Below, piece after piece: positions 36,371-45,119 of a stretch of 64,000 nucleotides of DNA (position 1 is its first letter; every line of letters begins with the position of its first letter). The notes under the pieces are model-generated. The model was not told the origin of the DNA. It saw nothing but the letters and a program-made list of their open reading frames with translations, and made no database searches. The position numbers and the translations under genes were made by a program. Source of the stretch: an uncultured Actinomycetes bacterium (GTDB lineage: Bacteria; Actinomycetota; Thermoleophilia; Gaiellales; JAICJC01); contig CAVOFQ010000003.1 of the NCBI GenBank assembly GCA_963695025.1, positions 1,962,245-2,026,244 on the forward strand. Reading direction: 5' to 3'.

Positions 36371-39300
36371 TCAGAGAGCCGACGCGCGGTCGGCGACGTC
36401 GCCGCCGCCCGCGGCGGTCGGGGCGCCGCCGTTCGAGTCGGCGGTCGCACGCCGCGCCTGCTCTTCGGCGCCGGCTCTGCGGCCGCGCCGCCCGCGCGCC
36501 CGGCGACGCCGGTCACGGCGCTCGGGTGACGCTCCCACGGGCTCGCCACGGGCGATCTTGCGCACCGCCCCAGGCCTCGAGTCGCGCGTCGCAGCGCCGT
36601 CGCCGTCGACCACCTCGAACTCGACCCGGACGCGCCCGCGCACCCCTGCCGCCTTCAGCTGCGCGAGCACCCGGCGGGCGGCGTCGTCGGCGAGCACCTG
36701 CGCCTCGGCGAGCTCGAGCGGCACGATCAGCCCGGCGCCGTCGACCGCGATCGACGTGACCCGGTCTCCGACCGGCTCGTTCAGCAGCTTGGAGACGGTC
36801 ACCTGCAGCGGCGTGCTCGCGCTGGCGGCGGCGCGCAGCTCGACCGCGCTCGGGTAGACGTGCTCGCCGTCGCCCAAGAGCTTCCAACGCAGGCTCTCGA
36901 CGCCCAGGCGCTCGCGGATCACCGGGTCGGCGTCGTCGCGAAGCCGCACCGCCACCTCCGGCGCGACCTCGACCTCGGCGCCTCCCTCGACCCTGCGCAG
37001 CGGCACGGCGGGCGGGGTCGACCCGACCACGACGCCGTTGAACGAGACCGTCTCGCCACGCTCGGTGGCGGCCTTGCGCTTGGTCTTCTTGGCCGCCTTG
37101 GTGCGCTGCATCGGCGCGGGGATGTTCGAGCCGAGCGCCGCCGCCAGCCGCAGTGGATCCTCCGACAGCGACCGCCGTGCCACCTCGATGATGCTCTCGC
37201 CGGCCGTCCCGCGGCGCGGCGAAGCGACCGCGAGCAGTGCCGCCCCGGCCTCGAGCGGCGCCGCCTTGGCGACCTGGGCGAGGTGCAGGCACGCCTGCGA
37301 GTGCTCGCCGTCGGTCTTGGCGTTTGCCACAGCCCCCAGAAGGCCGCGGCCGTCCTCGATATGGGCACCGGCGTAGCGGTACTCGTGGTCGCGGGCGGCG
37401 CGGGCCAGCCTCCACGTCCACGACACGATCCGATCGGGAGGAGCCTCGATCTTGTTGTCGCCCATCGCGAGCAGCAGCACGCGGGCGCCCTGGCCGCGGT
37501 CCTGCTGCCAGGTCGGCGCGGCCTCGATCAGCCGGCAGGCCATCGCGAAGGTCGTCTGGCTCGGACCCGACGTTGCCAGGTCGCCGAGGCTGGACAGCCG
37601 CAGCTTGCGATGGCGGTTCTCGGCCGCGCACGTGAAGAAGAAGAGCTCGCGCGCCTCGGGTGCCAGGTTCAGGATGCGGTCGGTGAGCGTGTGCACGTCG
37701 GCGGGGCCGAGCTGGCGTGCGGCCGTGACCGCCCAGGCCCGCTGCTCGTCCAGGGGCAGCTTGGACGCGTCCACGAGCTTCCACTGGTTCGCGATCACCG
37801 CCACTCTCCGTTCGGGCTTGTCCGACACGGGCACGATCCACGGCAGTTCCTTGATGATCGGCTTGGGGGGCTTGCGCCGTCCCCGCCGGCGCCTGGGCGG
37901 CGGCGGCGTGACGAGCCCTCCCGGCCGGTACGCATCCACGTCGAGGAGCGAATGCAGGGTGACCACGCGCTCGGAATGCGGCGCCCCGACCTCGGCGAAG
38001 TCGACGACGATGCCCGCCTCCTTGCGCCGGTGCAGACGCATGATGCGCCCGACGCGCTGCTGGTACACGCGCCTGCTTGCGGTAGGAGCCAGGTGCATGC
38101 ACACGGTCGCCCGGGGCGCGTTCCAGCCCTCGGCCAGGATCTGGGCATTGACCAGGACGTTGATCTCGCCGCGCTCGTAGGCCGCGAGCGTCTCGGCCAG
38201 CTCGCGCGGAGGCGTGCGCCCCGAGACCGCCTTGGCGCTCATCCCGATCGCCCGCATCGCCATCGCCACCCGCTCGGCGTGCTCGACGCCGGCTGCGTAC
38301 ACGATCCCCGGCGTGTCGCCGAAGCGGCTCTGGTACAGGTCCGCGGCCGCCATGTTGAACGGATCGAGGTCGAGTGCCGCGGCCAGCTGGCCCTGGTCGA
38401 AGTCGCCGCCGACCACCTCGACCTGGCGGAGCGACGTGATGGGCCGCACCCGGATGCAGCGCAGCGGCGCCACCACACCCCGGCGCACTGCCTCGGCCAG
38501 CGGGAAGTCGGCCACCTCGGCCGGGAACACGTCGCCCACGTGCTTGGCCAGCAGCTGGTCGGTGGCCGTCATGCCGATGTAAATGGGCTCGTTGAAGCGC
38601 CTGATCGCCGCCGCCGTCTTCTCGCCCAGCGCCGTATGGGCCTCGTCGCACACGATCACGCCGTAGACGTCCGGCTTGATCTCGTCGACATGCTTGATGA
38701 ACCAGGCGTAGGTGTTGATCGTGAGCGGCATCCGCTTGGGCGTCGGATCGCCCCGCAGGACGGGCGGATGCAGGCGCCCGCCGTAGCCCTCCTTGGTGAG
38801 ATCGCTGGTGAACTGGTTCACCAGCAGCCGGCGATGGGTGAGGATCAGGACGCCCGTTGTGCGAGCGGCCTCGACGAACCCTCCCGCCGCGATCGTCTTG
38901 CCCGAGGCCGTTGGATGCTTGAACCGGTAGCGGCGGCGCGCCCCCGGGTCGGGCGCCGCGGCATCGCCGTTGGCGGCGTCGTCGGGGTCGGGCGCGACGG
39001 CCATGGCCGGGTCGTGCGCCGGCCCGGGAGCGCCGCCGTCCTCGGCCTCGCTGCCGTTCCCATCGTCGCCGTCTTCGTCATCCTCGTCCTCGTCCTCTTC
39101 CTCGTCCTCGTCGATCTCGGCTTCGACGTCGACCTCAATCGTTTCGGGCTCGTCGTCGCCGTTCTCGGGCTCGTCGTCGGCGTCATCCTCGTCGAGGGCG
39201 GCGGTGCGCTCGAGGTCGCTGATCAGCGCGGCCAGCTGCCCGGCCAGCGCGTCCACCTGGTGGCGGCGCAGGGTCGTCCCCGAGGCCAGCCGCGGCTGGG

Positions 39301-39538
39301 GATCGGAGAGCACCCGCTCGAGCCCGAGCACCAGTGCGTAGTCTCGCCGCCACTCGTAGCTCGGCTCCGGCAGCCCGCGCGCCATTTCCGCGAGCGCAGC
39401 GTCGAGCGCCTGCCGGCGCACCGTTGCGGGTGCAAGGGCGACGGCGAGATCCTCGCCTTCATGGAGGAGCGGCTCCCCACACCACGCCTCGACGCGGTGT
39501 GCAGCCGCCTCAGAGTCGGCCTCGAAGCGAACAGTCAT
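36371..39538 (-). CDS. large SF2 helicase (DEAD/DEAH, ResIII-like core) with an acidic insertion and an uncharacterised C-terminal half
   Basis: ORF 36371..40117 trimmed to ATG 39538 (1055 aa). HPTASGKT is Walker A, VCDEAH is motif II and MTAT is motif III. QQRVGRIMR is motif VI. Confidence 0.8.
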   Translation of the reverse strand: MTVRFEADSEAAAHRVEAWCGEPLLHEGEDLAVALAPATVRRQALDAALAEMARGLPEPSYEWRRDYALVLGLERVLSDPQPRLASGTTLRRHQVDALAGQLAALISDLERTAALDEDDADDEPENGDDEPETIEVDVEAEIDEDEEEDEDEDDEDGDDGNGSEAEDGGAPGPAHDPAMAVAPDPDDAANGDAAAPDPGARRRYRFKHPTASGKTIAAGGFVEAARTTGVLILTHRRLLVNQFTSDLTKEGYGGRLHPPVLRGDPTPKRMPLTINTYAWFIKHVDEIKPDVYGVIVCDEAHTALGEKTAAAIRRFNEPIYIGMTATDQLLAKHVGDVFPAEVADFPLAEAVRRGVVAPLRCIRVRPITSLRQVEVVGGDFDQGQLAAALDLDPFNMAAADLYQSRFGDTPGIVYAAGVEHAERVAMAMRAIGMSAKAVSGRTPPRELAETLAAYERGEINVLVNAQILAEGWNAPRATVCMHLAPTASRRVYQQRVGRIMRLHRRKEAGIVVDFAEVGAPHSERVVTLHSLLDVDAYRPGGLVTPPPPRRRRGRRKPPKPIIKELPWIVPVSDKPERRVAVIANQWKLVDASKLPLDEQRAWAVTAARQLGPADVHTLTDRILNLAPEARELFFFTCAAENRHRKLRLSSLGDLATSGPSQTTFAMACRLIEAAPTWQQDRGQGARVLLLAMGDNKIEAPPDRIVSWTWRLARAARDHEYRYAGAHIEDGRGLLGAVANAKTDGEHSQACLHLAQVAKAAPLEAGAALLAVASPRRGTAGESIIEVARRSLSEDPLRLAAALGSNIPAPMQRTKAAKKTKRKAATERGETVSFNGVVVGSTPPAVPLRRVEGGAEVEVAPEVAVRLRDDADPVIRERLGVESLRWKLLGDGEHVYPSAVELRAAASASTPLQVTVSKLLNEPVGDRVTSIAVDGAGLIVPLELAEAQVLADDAARRVLAQLKAAGVRGRVRVEFEVVDGDGAATRDSRPGAVRKIARGEPVGASPERRDRRRRARGRRGRRAGAEEQARRATADSNGGAPTAAGGGDVADRASAL

Positions 39539-39600
39539 ATGGTCCCTGCAGCCGCCGGGCTGAAACGGGCGCCCCAACGGGCGACACCAGCGGCCGGAGT

Positions 39601-40413
39601 TCAGTGTAGCGGATCGCTCGGGCGGCGTGATGCCGCAACCGCCGCGGTCACCAGGTCGCGCAGCGGGTCGTGCAGATCCGCCGCGGCAGCGACAACGCAC
39701 GGGTCGAGCCCCTCGCCCGCATCGAACACCGCCGCCCGGCCGCCCGCCTCGGAGACGAGCAGCATCCCGGCCGCCCGGTCCCAGTGTTTGATCCCCCACT
39801 CGTAGAACCCGTCGAGGCGCCCGCACGCGACCCAGGCCAGGTCGAGCGCGGCCGAGCCGCCGCGGCGGATGTCGCGCACCTCGCCCAGCACATGCGTGAG
39901 TACGGTCGCCTGGAAGGCCCGATCCGCCGGCCTGTACGAAAACCCCGTCCCCACCAGTGCGCGATCGAGGCCGCGGGGGCTGCGGGTGTGCACCGGCTGC
40001 CCGTTCAGCGTCGCGCCGCGGCCGCGAACAGCCGCGAACGTCTCGCCCCGGCAGGGATCGTGCACCACAGCGACCACGCCGCCGTCGGCATCCTCGCAGG
40101 CGATCGAGACCGCCCACACAGGATAGGAGAACAGATAATTGGTGGTGCCGTCGAGCGGGTCGACCACCCAGACCAGGCCGGAGCTGCCCGCGGCTCGGCC
40201 GCTCTCCTCGGCCACGACGCCGTCGTCGGGCCGTTCGGCGGAGATGCGGTCGAGCACCAACCGCTCGGCCGCCCGGTCGGCATCGGACACCATGTCCGTG
40301 GCGCTGCTCTTCGACTCCACCCCGCTCACCGGTCCCCCGAACCGCTCGAGCAGGAGCGAGCCCGCGTCGCGGGCGGCGCCGAGGGCGAGCTCGAGGAGGG
40401 TGTCTTCGGACAT
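39601..40413 (-). CDS. inositol monophosphatase family protein (SuhB/ImpA-like)
   Basis: ORF trimmed to ATG 40413. VVDPLDGTTNY and WDRAAG motifs. Confidence 0.85.
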   Translation of the reverse strand: MSEDTLLELALGAARDAGSLLLERFGGPVSGVESKSSATDMVSDADRAAERLVLDRISAERPDDGVVAEESGRAAGSSGLVWVVDPLDGTTNYLFSYPVWAVSIACEDADGGVVAVVHDPCRGETFAAVRGRGATLNGQPVHTRSPRGLDRALVGTGFSYRPADRAFQATVLTHVLGEVRDIRRGGSAALDLAWVACGRLDGFYEWGIKHWDRAAGMLLVSEAGGRAAVFDAGEGLDPCVVAAAADLHDPLRDLVTAAVAASRRPSDPLH

Positions 40414-40479
40414 CGCCCGAGTGTAATCAGGCGGACGAATTACTGGAAATTCCCCGTAGTTTGAGGCATTCTGCACAGA

Positions 40480-40620
40480 ATGGGCACGTTCATCAGTCAA
40501 CTGAGGAAGCGACGGCGCCAGCGCAGGCTGGCGCGTGAGCTGGAGTTGCGCTTCCGCGAGCGGGTCGATGCCGCAACTGCGGCCGCGGCCCGCCTGGCGG
40601 AGGATCTGCGCCGGCCGTAG
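40480..40620 (+). CDS. candidate 46-aa highly basic small ORF (below the ORF-track size cut-off)
   Basis: ATG 40480 to TAG 40620 reads MGTFISQLRKRRRQRRLARELELRFRERVDAATAAAARLAEDLRRP. It lies in the divergent gap between the IMPase and phosphatase genes. No homology check was possible and the RBS is weak. Confidence 0.25.
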   Translation: MGTFISQLRKRRRQRRLARELELRFRERVDAATAAAARLAEDLRRP

Positions 40621-40645
40621 CGTCCGCACCACTACCCTGGCGCGG

Positions 40646-41110
40646 ATGACCGCGCCACTGCGCTACTCGTCGCTCGGATCCGGCCTCTATGCCGGACGGA
40701 TGCCGCACACCGCGATGCACGTCGACGCGCTCGCCGCCGAGGGCGTGCAGACGGTCATCAACCTGTGCGAGGACCACGAGTACTGGGCCGGCGAGCGGGA
40801 GGCGATCGAGGCGGCGTATGCGGCCGCGGGGATCGCCGAGCACCGGCTGGGCGTGCCAGACGGAGCCACGATCCCACCCGACATCCTGGATCGTGCGGTT
40901 GCCGCAACCGCACGCGGGGAGACCACCTACGTGCACTGCCGCGGCGGGCGGGAGCGCTCGGCGGCGGTCGCCGTCGCCCTGCTCGCGTCCCGGTCCGGCG
41001 TCGAGATCGACGAGGCGCTCCGGACCGCCGAGGGCCGGTGGCCGACATGCCGGCCGCTGCCATGGCAACTGGCCGGTGTGCGTGCGTGGGCCGCCGCGGC
41101 GGGGGCGTGA
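40646..41110 (+). CDS. dual-specificity / protein-tyrosine phosphatase-like protein
   Basis: ORF 40535..41110 trimmed to ATG 40646. VHCRGGRERS matches the HCxxGxxR(S/T) P-loop. Confidence 0.7.
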   Translation: MTAPLRYSSLGSGLYAGRMPHTAMHVDALAAEGVQTVINLCEDHEYWAGEREAIEAAYAAAGIAEHRLGVPDGATIPPDILDRAVAATARGETTYVHCRGGRERSAAVAVALLASRSGVEIDEALRTAEGRWPTCRPLPWQLAGVRAWAAAAGA

Positions 41111-41181
41111 GCGACCGAAACGCGCTTGCACGCCGAGCCCGCCGGCCGTATGCTCACAGGGTCAGACCTGCAGGGAGGGAC

Positions 41182-41418
41182 ATGAGGATGGCAAAGGGCA
41201 TGACGGTGGGCATCGTGGTTCTCGCCACGCTTGCAACCATCGTCCTCGTGGGCGGAAGCGGCGGCTCGCAAGCCGTCGCCGGCGGACACACGACGTCCGA
41301 CGCGGCGGAGTTGCCGTTCACGCTCAGCCAGCTCGCGCAGCTCCCCATCATCGCGGCCGCCGTGGCCGGGATGGGCTTCTGCGTCCGGGCACTGTCATCC
41401 GGTAGAAAATTGCAGTAA
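41182..41418 (+). CDS. small membrane protein (78 aa, two hydrophobic segments)
   Basis: A strong RBS (GGGAGGG) lies 4 nt upstream of ATG 41182. MRMAKGMTVGIVVLATLATIVLVGG...LPIIAAAVAGMGFCV. TAA stop. Confidence 0.5.
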   Translation: MRMAKGMTVGIVVLATLATIVLVGGSGGSQAVAGGHTTSDAAELPFTLSQLAQLPIIAAAVAGMGFCVRALSSGRKLQ

Positions 41419-41535
41419 ACTCGACATCGGAGGGTTTTCGAAGAGTGTCCCCAAGCGCGTCGCCTAGCGTTCGCGCAACCGGCTGACCCGTCGGTGTGGG
41501 ACACGTTGTCCGGCGGCCCACCGGACAGCCCAACA

Positions 41536-41575
41536 GACGAGGCCGCCTCTGCCCAGGCGGCCTCGTCGCTTTCTC
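41536..41575 (+). terminator. intrinsic terminator-like hairpin
   Basis: Perfect 13-bp stem GACGAGGCCGCCT / AGGCGGCCTCGTC (41536-41548 / 41555-41567) with a 6-nt loop, followed by GCTTTCTCT. Confidence 0.6.
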
Positions 41576-41623
41576 TGGACTCAATTCTGCGCACTCGCGA
41601 GCGATGACCGGGCTGGTTCGATC

Positions 41624-42280
41624 ATGGCCCCATCCGACTTCCGAAACGCGCTCTCCATCGTCGATGAACGCCTGCGAACGGCCTACACGGTGGCCGCCTC
41701 GCTGATGGTCTATGCCTGTCTCGCCCTGGTTTTCGTCCTCGTGGTGCACGGGATCACGCCGCTCATCGGAACCAGCTCCGCCCTCGCCGTGCTCGGCGGG
41801 CTGGGCGCGGTCGCCGCCGCGCGCATGCTCCAGTGGAGGCGCGGCGAGATCTATGACGAGATCGTCCTGAGCGGCTATCGCCACATCGGCGGATCCGCGA
41901 TCGCCCGCCACACCGCCGACCTGATCTCGCCGGGACGGCGGCGGATGCTGGCCGACACCATGGAGCGGCTCCTCGAGTTGGCGGTTCGCCGGCAGGTCGC
42001 TGCCGTCCCGCTCAACCGCGGCGCCATGCGCGAGCTCGAGCCCAGCATCCGCGGGCTTTGCGCCCGCTTGCGTGCTGTCGAGATCGCCGTCGACCCGGCG
42101 GGGATGGTGCTGCTGCGACGGCTCCTGACCGATGGGGCGACCAGCCCCCTCTTCAAGGCCCACGGCCCGCTGCGGGAGCTCGAGCGCACGATCGAGCGGA
42201 TCCACGCACTGCTCGGCCCGATGCCCGCGATTCAGCTCCGGCCCGCCGCGGCGACCGAGCCGCTCCGCCTCGCTGCCTAG
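41624..42280 (+). CDS. hypothetical membrane-anchored protein
   Basis: 218-aa ORF. Two N-terminal hydrophobic helices are followed by a helical Arg/Leu-rich soluble domain. No recognised motif. Confidence 0.5.
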   Translation: MAPSDFRNALSIVDERLRTAYTVAASLMVYACLALVFVLVVHGITPLIGTSSALAVLGGLGAVAAARMLQWRRGEIYDEIVLSGYRHIGGSAIARHTADLISPGRRRMLADTMERLLELAVRRQVAAVPLNRGAMRELEPSIRGLCARLRAVEIAVDPAGMVLLRRLLTDGATSPLFKAHGPLRELERTIERIHALLGPMPAIQLRPAAATEPLRLAA

Positions 42281-42768
42281 AGGGGTCGCTCTCCCCGGGC
42301 CTCGGCGATCAGGCGGTCGAGCTCGGGCACGGCGGCCCGCAGGCTGGGCAGGTTGACGACGATTCCCTCCTGCGTGCTCCGTGCGAGCACGACCACGGCT
42401 TCCTCGTCCGGTGAGGGGTTCTCCTCGCGGTGCGGCACCCACGGCGGCACGTACACGTAGTCGCCCGGCACCGCCTCGATGCGGCGCTCGGCGTCGTCTT
42501 CGAGGAACACGAACACGGGGTGGCCGGAGACGACGTAGATGCCGGTCTCGGCCTCGCCGTGGTGGTGGTCGCCCGAGCACATGCCGGGAGCGACGTGGCT
42601 CTCGCCCATCCAGATCTTGCGCGAGCCGTTGCGCGCTCCCGAGATCGCCTCGTAGCGGCGCATCCCCGGGGTCTGGGCGGTGTCCTCGCTCAGATCGTCG
42701 TGCGACGTGTGGTGCAGCTGCCGGTGCCAGGCGGCCGTGCCGGCGTCGCGTGGGGCAGAGTCGCTCAT
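42277..42768 (-). CDS. cupin-domain protein
   Basis: 163 aa. GDHHHGEAETGIYVVSG...VPPWVPHRE matches the two cupin motifs. Confidence 0.7.
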   Translation of the reverse strand: MSDSAPRDAGTAAWHRQLHHTSHDDLSEDTAQTPGMRRYEAISGARNGSRKIWMGESHVAPGMCSGDHHHGEAETGIYVVSGHPVFVFLEDDAERRIEAVPGDYVYVPPWVPHREENPSPDEEAVVVLARSTQEGIVVNLPSLRAAVPELDRLIAEARGERPL

Positions 42769-42789
42769 GTCGCAGGCAACCCTAGACGG

Positions 42790-43962
42790 TCACAGCGCCA
42801 GGAGCGTTGCCGGCCCCCGCCGCTCGAGGCCGCGGCTGACGATCAGGCGCTGCACCTCACTCGTGCCCTCCCAGATACGGTCGACGCGGAGCTCGCGCCA
42901 CAGCCGCTCGGCCGGGTTTTCGCGCATGTACCCGCGACCGCCGAAGATCTGCACGACGCGGTCGGCCACACGGCCGGCGGTCTCCGATGCGATCAGCTTG
43001 GCCATCGATGCCTTGTGGTGTACCAGCTTGCGGTCGGCACCCGAATCGGCCAGCCAGCCCACGTAGTAGGTCAGGAGCCGGGCGGCGGTGGTCTCCGCGG
43101 CGCAGTCGGCCAGCGCGAAGCTCACAGCCTGATGGTCGAAGATGCGGCTGCCGAACTGCTCGCGCTCGAGCGCCCAGGCCGTGCCCAACTCGATCAGGCG
43201 GTCGCATGCGCCGACGCACCGCGCGGCAATGTGCACGCGCTCCTCGACGAACCACTCGCCCGTCAGCTCGAACCCGCGGCCGATCTCGCCCAGCACGCTC
43301 TCGGGCGCCACCGGCGTGTTTGTGAACGTGAACTCGGGATGGCGGTACGGGAAGTTGTGCGTGAAGTCGGGGTCGGCGGTCATCTCGACGCCCGGCAGGT
43401 CCTTGTCGACCAGGAACAGGGCCGGCCGGCGGTCGTGCCCGTCAACGGCCCACGCGAGCACGATGAAGTAGCTCGCGACGTCGCCGTCGGTGACGAACCA
43501 CTTGCAGCCGGAGAGCTCGTAGTGGCTGCCGTTCCAGACCGCCTCGGACGTGATCGCGCGCGGGTCGGAGCCGGCCGCGGCCTCGGTGATCGCGTATGCG
43601 TGGCGGTGGTCGCCGCGCACGTCGGGCAGCAGGTAGCGCTCGATCTGCCCGGGCGTCCCGTGGACGAGCACGTTGGAGGGGCTCCAGACGAGCACCCAGA
43701 GGCAGTTCGTCAACCGGCCGAGCTGCTCATGGGTCACGATCTGCTCGGTCAGGTTGAACCCGCCGCCGCCGAACTCCTTGGGGATGTTGTTGGCCGCCAG
43801 GCCGGAGTCGAGCACGGCCTGCTTGATGCGCGCGTGCGACTCGGCGCTGAGCCGGCCGGCCGTGCTCTCGGCCTCCCACTCGAACGGCTGCAGATGGTCG
43901 TCGACCAGCGCCCGCACGCGGGTGCGCAGCTCGATCAGGTCAGGGGTGAGGGCGAAGTCCAT
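42790..43962 (-). CDS. acyl-CoA dehydrogenase family protein
   Basis: ORF trimmed to ATG 43962 (GGAG RBS). AITEAAAGSDP, the ...KWFVTDG... region and QIFGGRGY...RVDRIWEGTSEVQR are ACAD signatures. Confidence 0.9.
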   Translation of the reverse strand: MDFALTPDLIELRTRVRALVDDHLQPFEWEAESTAGRLSAESHARIKQAVLDSGLAANNIPKEFGGGGFNLTEQIVTHEQLGRLTNCLWVLVWSPSNVLVHGTPGQIERYLLPDVRGDHRHAYAITEAAAGSDPRAITSEAVWNGSHYELSGCKWFVTDGDVASYFIVLAWAVDGHDRRPALFLVDKDLPGVEMTADPDFTHNFPYRHPEFTFTNTPVAPESVLGEIGRGFELTGEWFVEERVHIAARCVGACDRLIELGTAWALEREQFGSRIFDHQAVSFALADCAAETTAARLLTYYVGWLADSGADRKLVHHKASMAKLIASETAGRVADRVVQIFGGRGYMRENPAERLWRELRVDRIWEGTSEVQRLIVSRGLERRGPATLLAL

Positions 43963-43967
43963 CGGGG

Positions 43968-45098
43968 TTACTCCTTCGGGCGGGGTCGCAGGTCGGCGGC
44001 CGAGCCGCCGAAGATGAGAGCGGCGAGCGCATCGGCCGGATCGACCCCGGCCATGTGGGGGGCGGAAAGGTCGAGGTCGATCTCCGCGGGCACCACCGCC
44101 AGCCCCAGCGCCTCGGCGCCGTTGCGGCCGCCCACGTCGAGCAGGTAGCCGGTGGGGCCGTCGGCGCCCTCCGGCACGAGCACGTTGCGGCGCTGCACCG
44201 ATCGGCGGGCGACCGCCTCGATCTCGCGCAGCTCCACCACCGGGTCGATGACGGTGTTGGAGTCGGTGCCGATACAGACGCGGATCCCGCGCTCGAACAT
44301 CCGCACGGCCGGCAGGTACCCGTCGCCGAGGTTGGCCTCGGTGGTCGGGCACACGCACACCGACGCCCCCGCATCGGCGACCAGGTCGAGCTCGCCGTCG
44401 GACGCGTGGGTTGCGTGCACGATCGTCGTGTGCGGCCCCAGGACGCCCGCGTCGGCCAGGAGCTCGATGGGCCGCCGGCCATATTCGGCGAGGCACTCGT
44501 CGATCTCGCGCAGCTGCTCGCAGGCGTGGATGTGCACCACCATGCCGGCGGCGGCGGCGTAGCGGCCGATCTCCTCGAGCCAGGGCCGAGACACCGCGCG
44601 GACGCTGTGCGGGGCGACACCGACGCGCCCGGGAAGCTCCTGCGCCAGCGCCTCGACGCGGGCGAGGTAGGCGCCGGCATCCGGGTCGCAGAACCGGCGC
44701 TGACCCGGCGTCGGCGCGACCTCGGCCCCGGCGCGCTCGTAGGCGGCCATCAGGAGCACCTGGTCGATCCCGGCCTCGTCGGCCGCATGCGCCGTCGCGA
44801 GCGCCATCGCGTTCGGCGGCGCGTACGGCGTCCCGTCGGGGCGGTGGTGAACGTAGTGGAACTCGCCCACGGCCACATACCCGGCCGCCGTCATCTCACG
44901 GTAGGCCAGCAGCGCAACGGCATGCATCGAGTCGGGGTCGAGCCGGCCGGCGGCGGCGTACATCGCCTCCCGCCAGGTCCAGAAATCGTCGCTTCGGTGG
45001 GCGTGGTCGACCCGCTCGACGACGCCCCGCAGACCGCGCTGGAAGGCGTGGCTGTGCACGTTGACAAAGCCCGGCAGGCGGAGCGTGGCGGTGGTCAC
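43968..45098 (-). CDS. amidohydrolase, formimidoylglutamate deiminase (HutF)/guanine-deaminase-like
   Basis: ORF trimmed to GTG 45098. LPGFVNVHSHAFQRGLRG is an HxH motif, with HIHACEQ and GTDSN also present. It is shorter than typical HutF at the N-terminus. Confidence 0.7.
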   Translation of the reverse strand: MTTATLRLPGFVNVHSHAFQRGLRGVVERVDHAHRSDDFWTWREAMYAAAGRLDPDSMHAVALLAYREMTAAGYVAVGEFHYVHHRPDGTPYAPPNAMALATAHAADEAGIDQVLLMAAYERAGAEVAPTPGQRRFCDPDAGAYLARVEALAQELPGRVGVAPHSVRAVSRPWLEEIGRYAAAAGMVVHIHACEQLREIDECLAEYGRRPIELLADAGVLGPHTTIVHATHASDGELDLVADAGASVCVCPTTEANLGDGYLPAVRMFERGIRVCIGTDSNTVIDPVVELREIEAVARRSVQRRNVLVPEGADGPTGYLLDVGGRNGAEALGLAVVPAEIDLDLSAPHMAGVDPADALAALIFGGSAADLRPRPKE

Positions 45099-45119
45099 CC
45101 GCGTATCCTTCCAGACCCG

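Noticed and set aside
39038-39193. Repetitive GTC/CTC/GTC-rich DNA that at first glance looks like a tandem repeat or spacer-less array.
   Set aside because: It is in frame inside the helicase gene and encodes poly-Asp/Glu. There is no repeat-spacer periodicity, so it is not a CRISPR array or a minisatellite.
23257-45098. The HAL-like gene (23257) plus the HutF-like deiminase gene (43968), considered as a histidine-utilisation (hut) system.
   Set aside because: They are 20 kb apart and no hutU, hutI or hutG is present. The HAL homologue lacks the MIO motif, and the deiminase is N-terminally short and paired with an M20 hydrolase instead.
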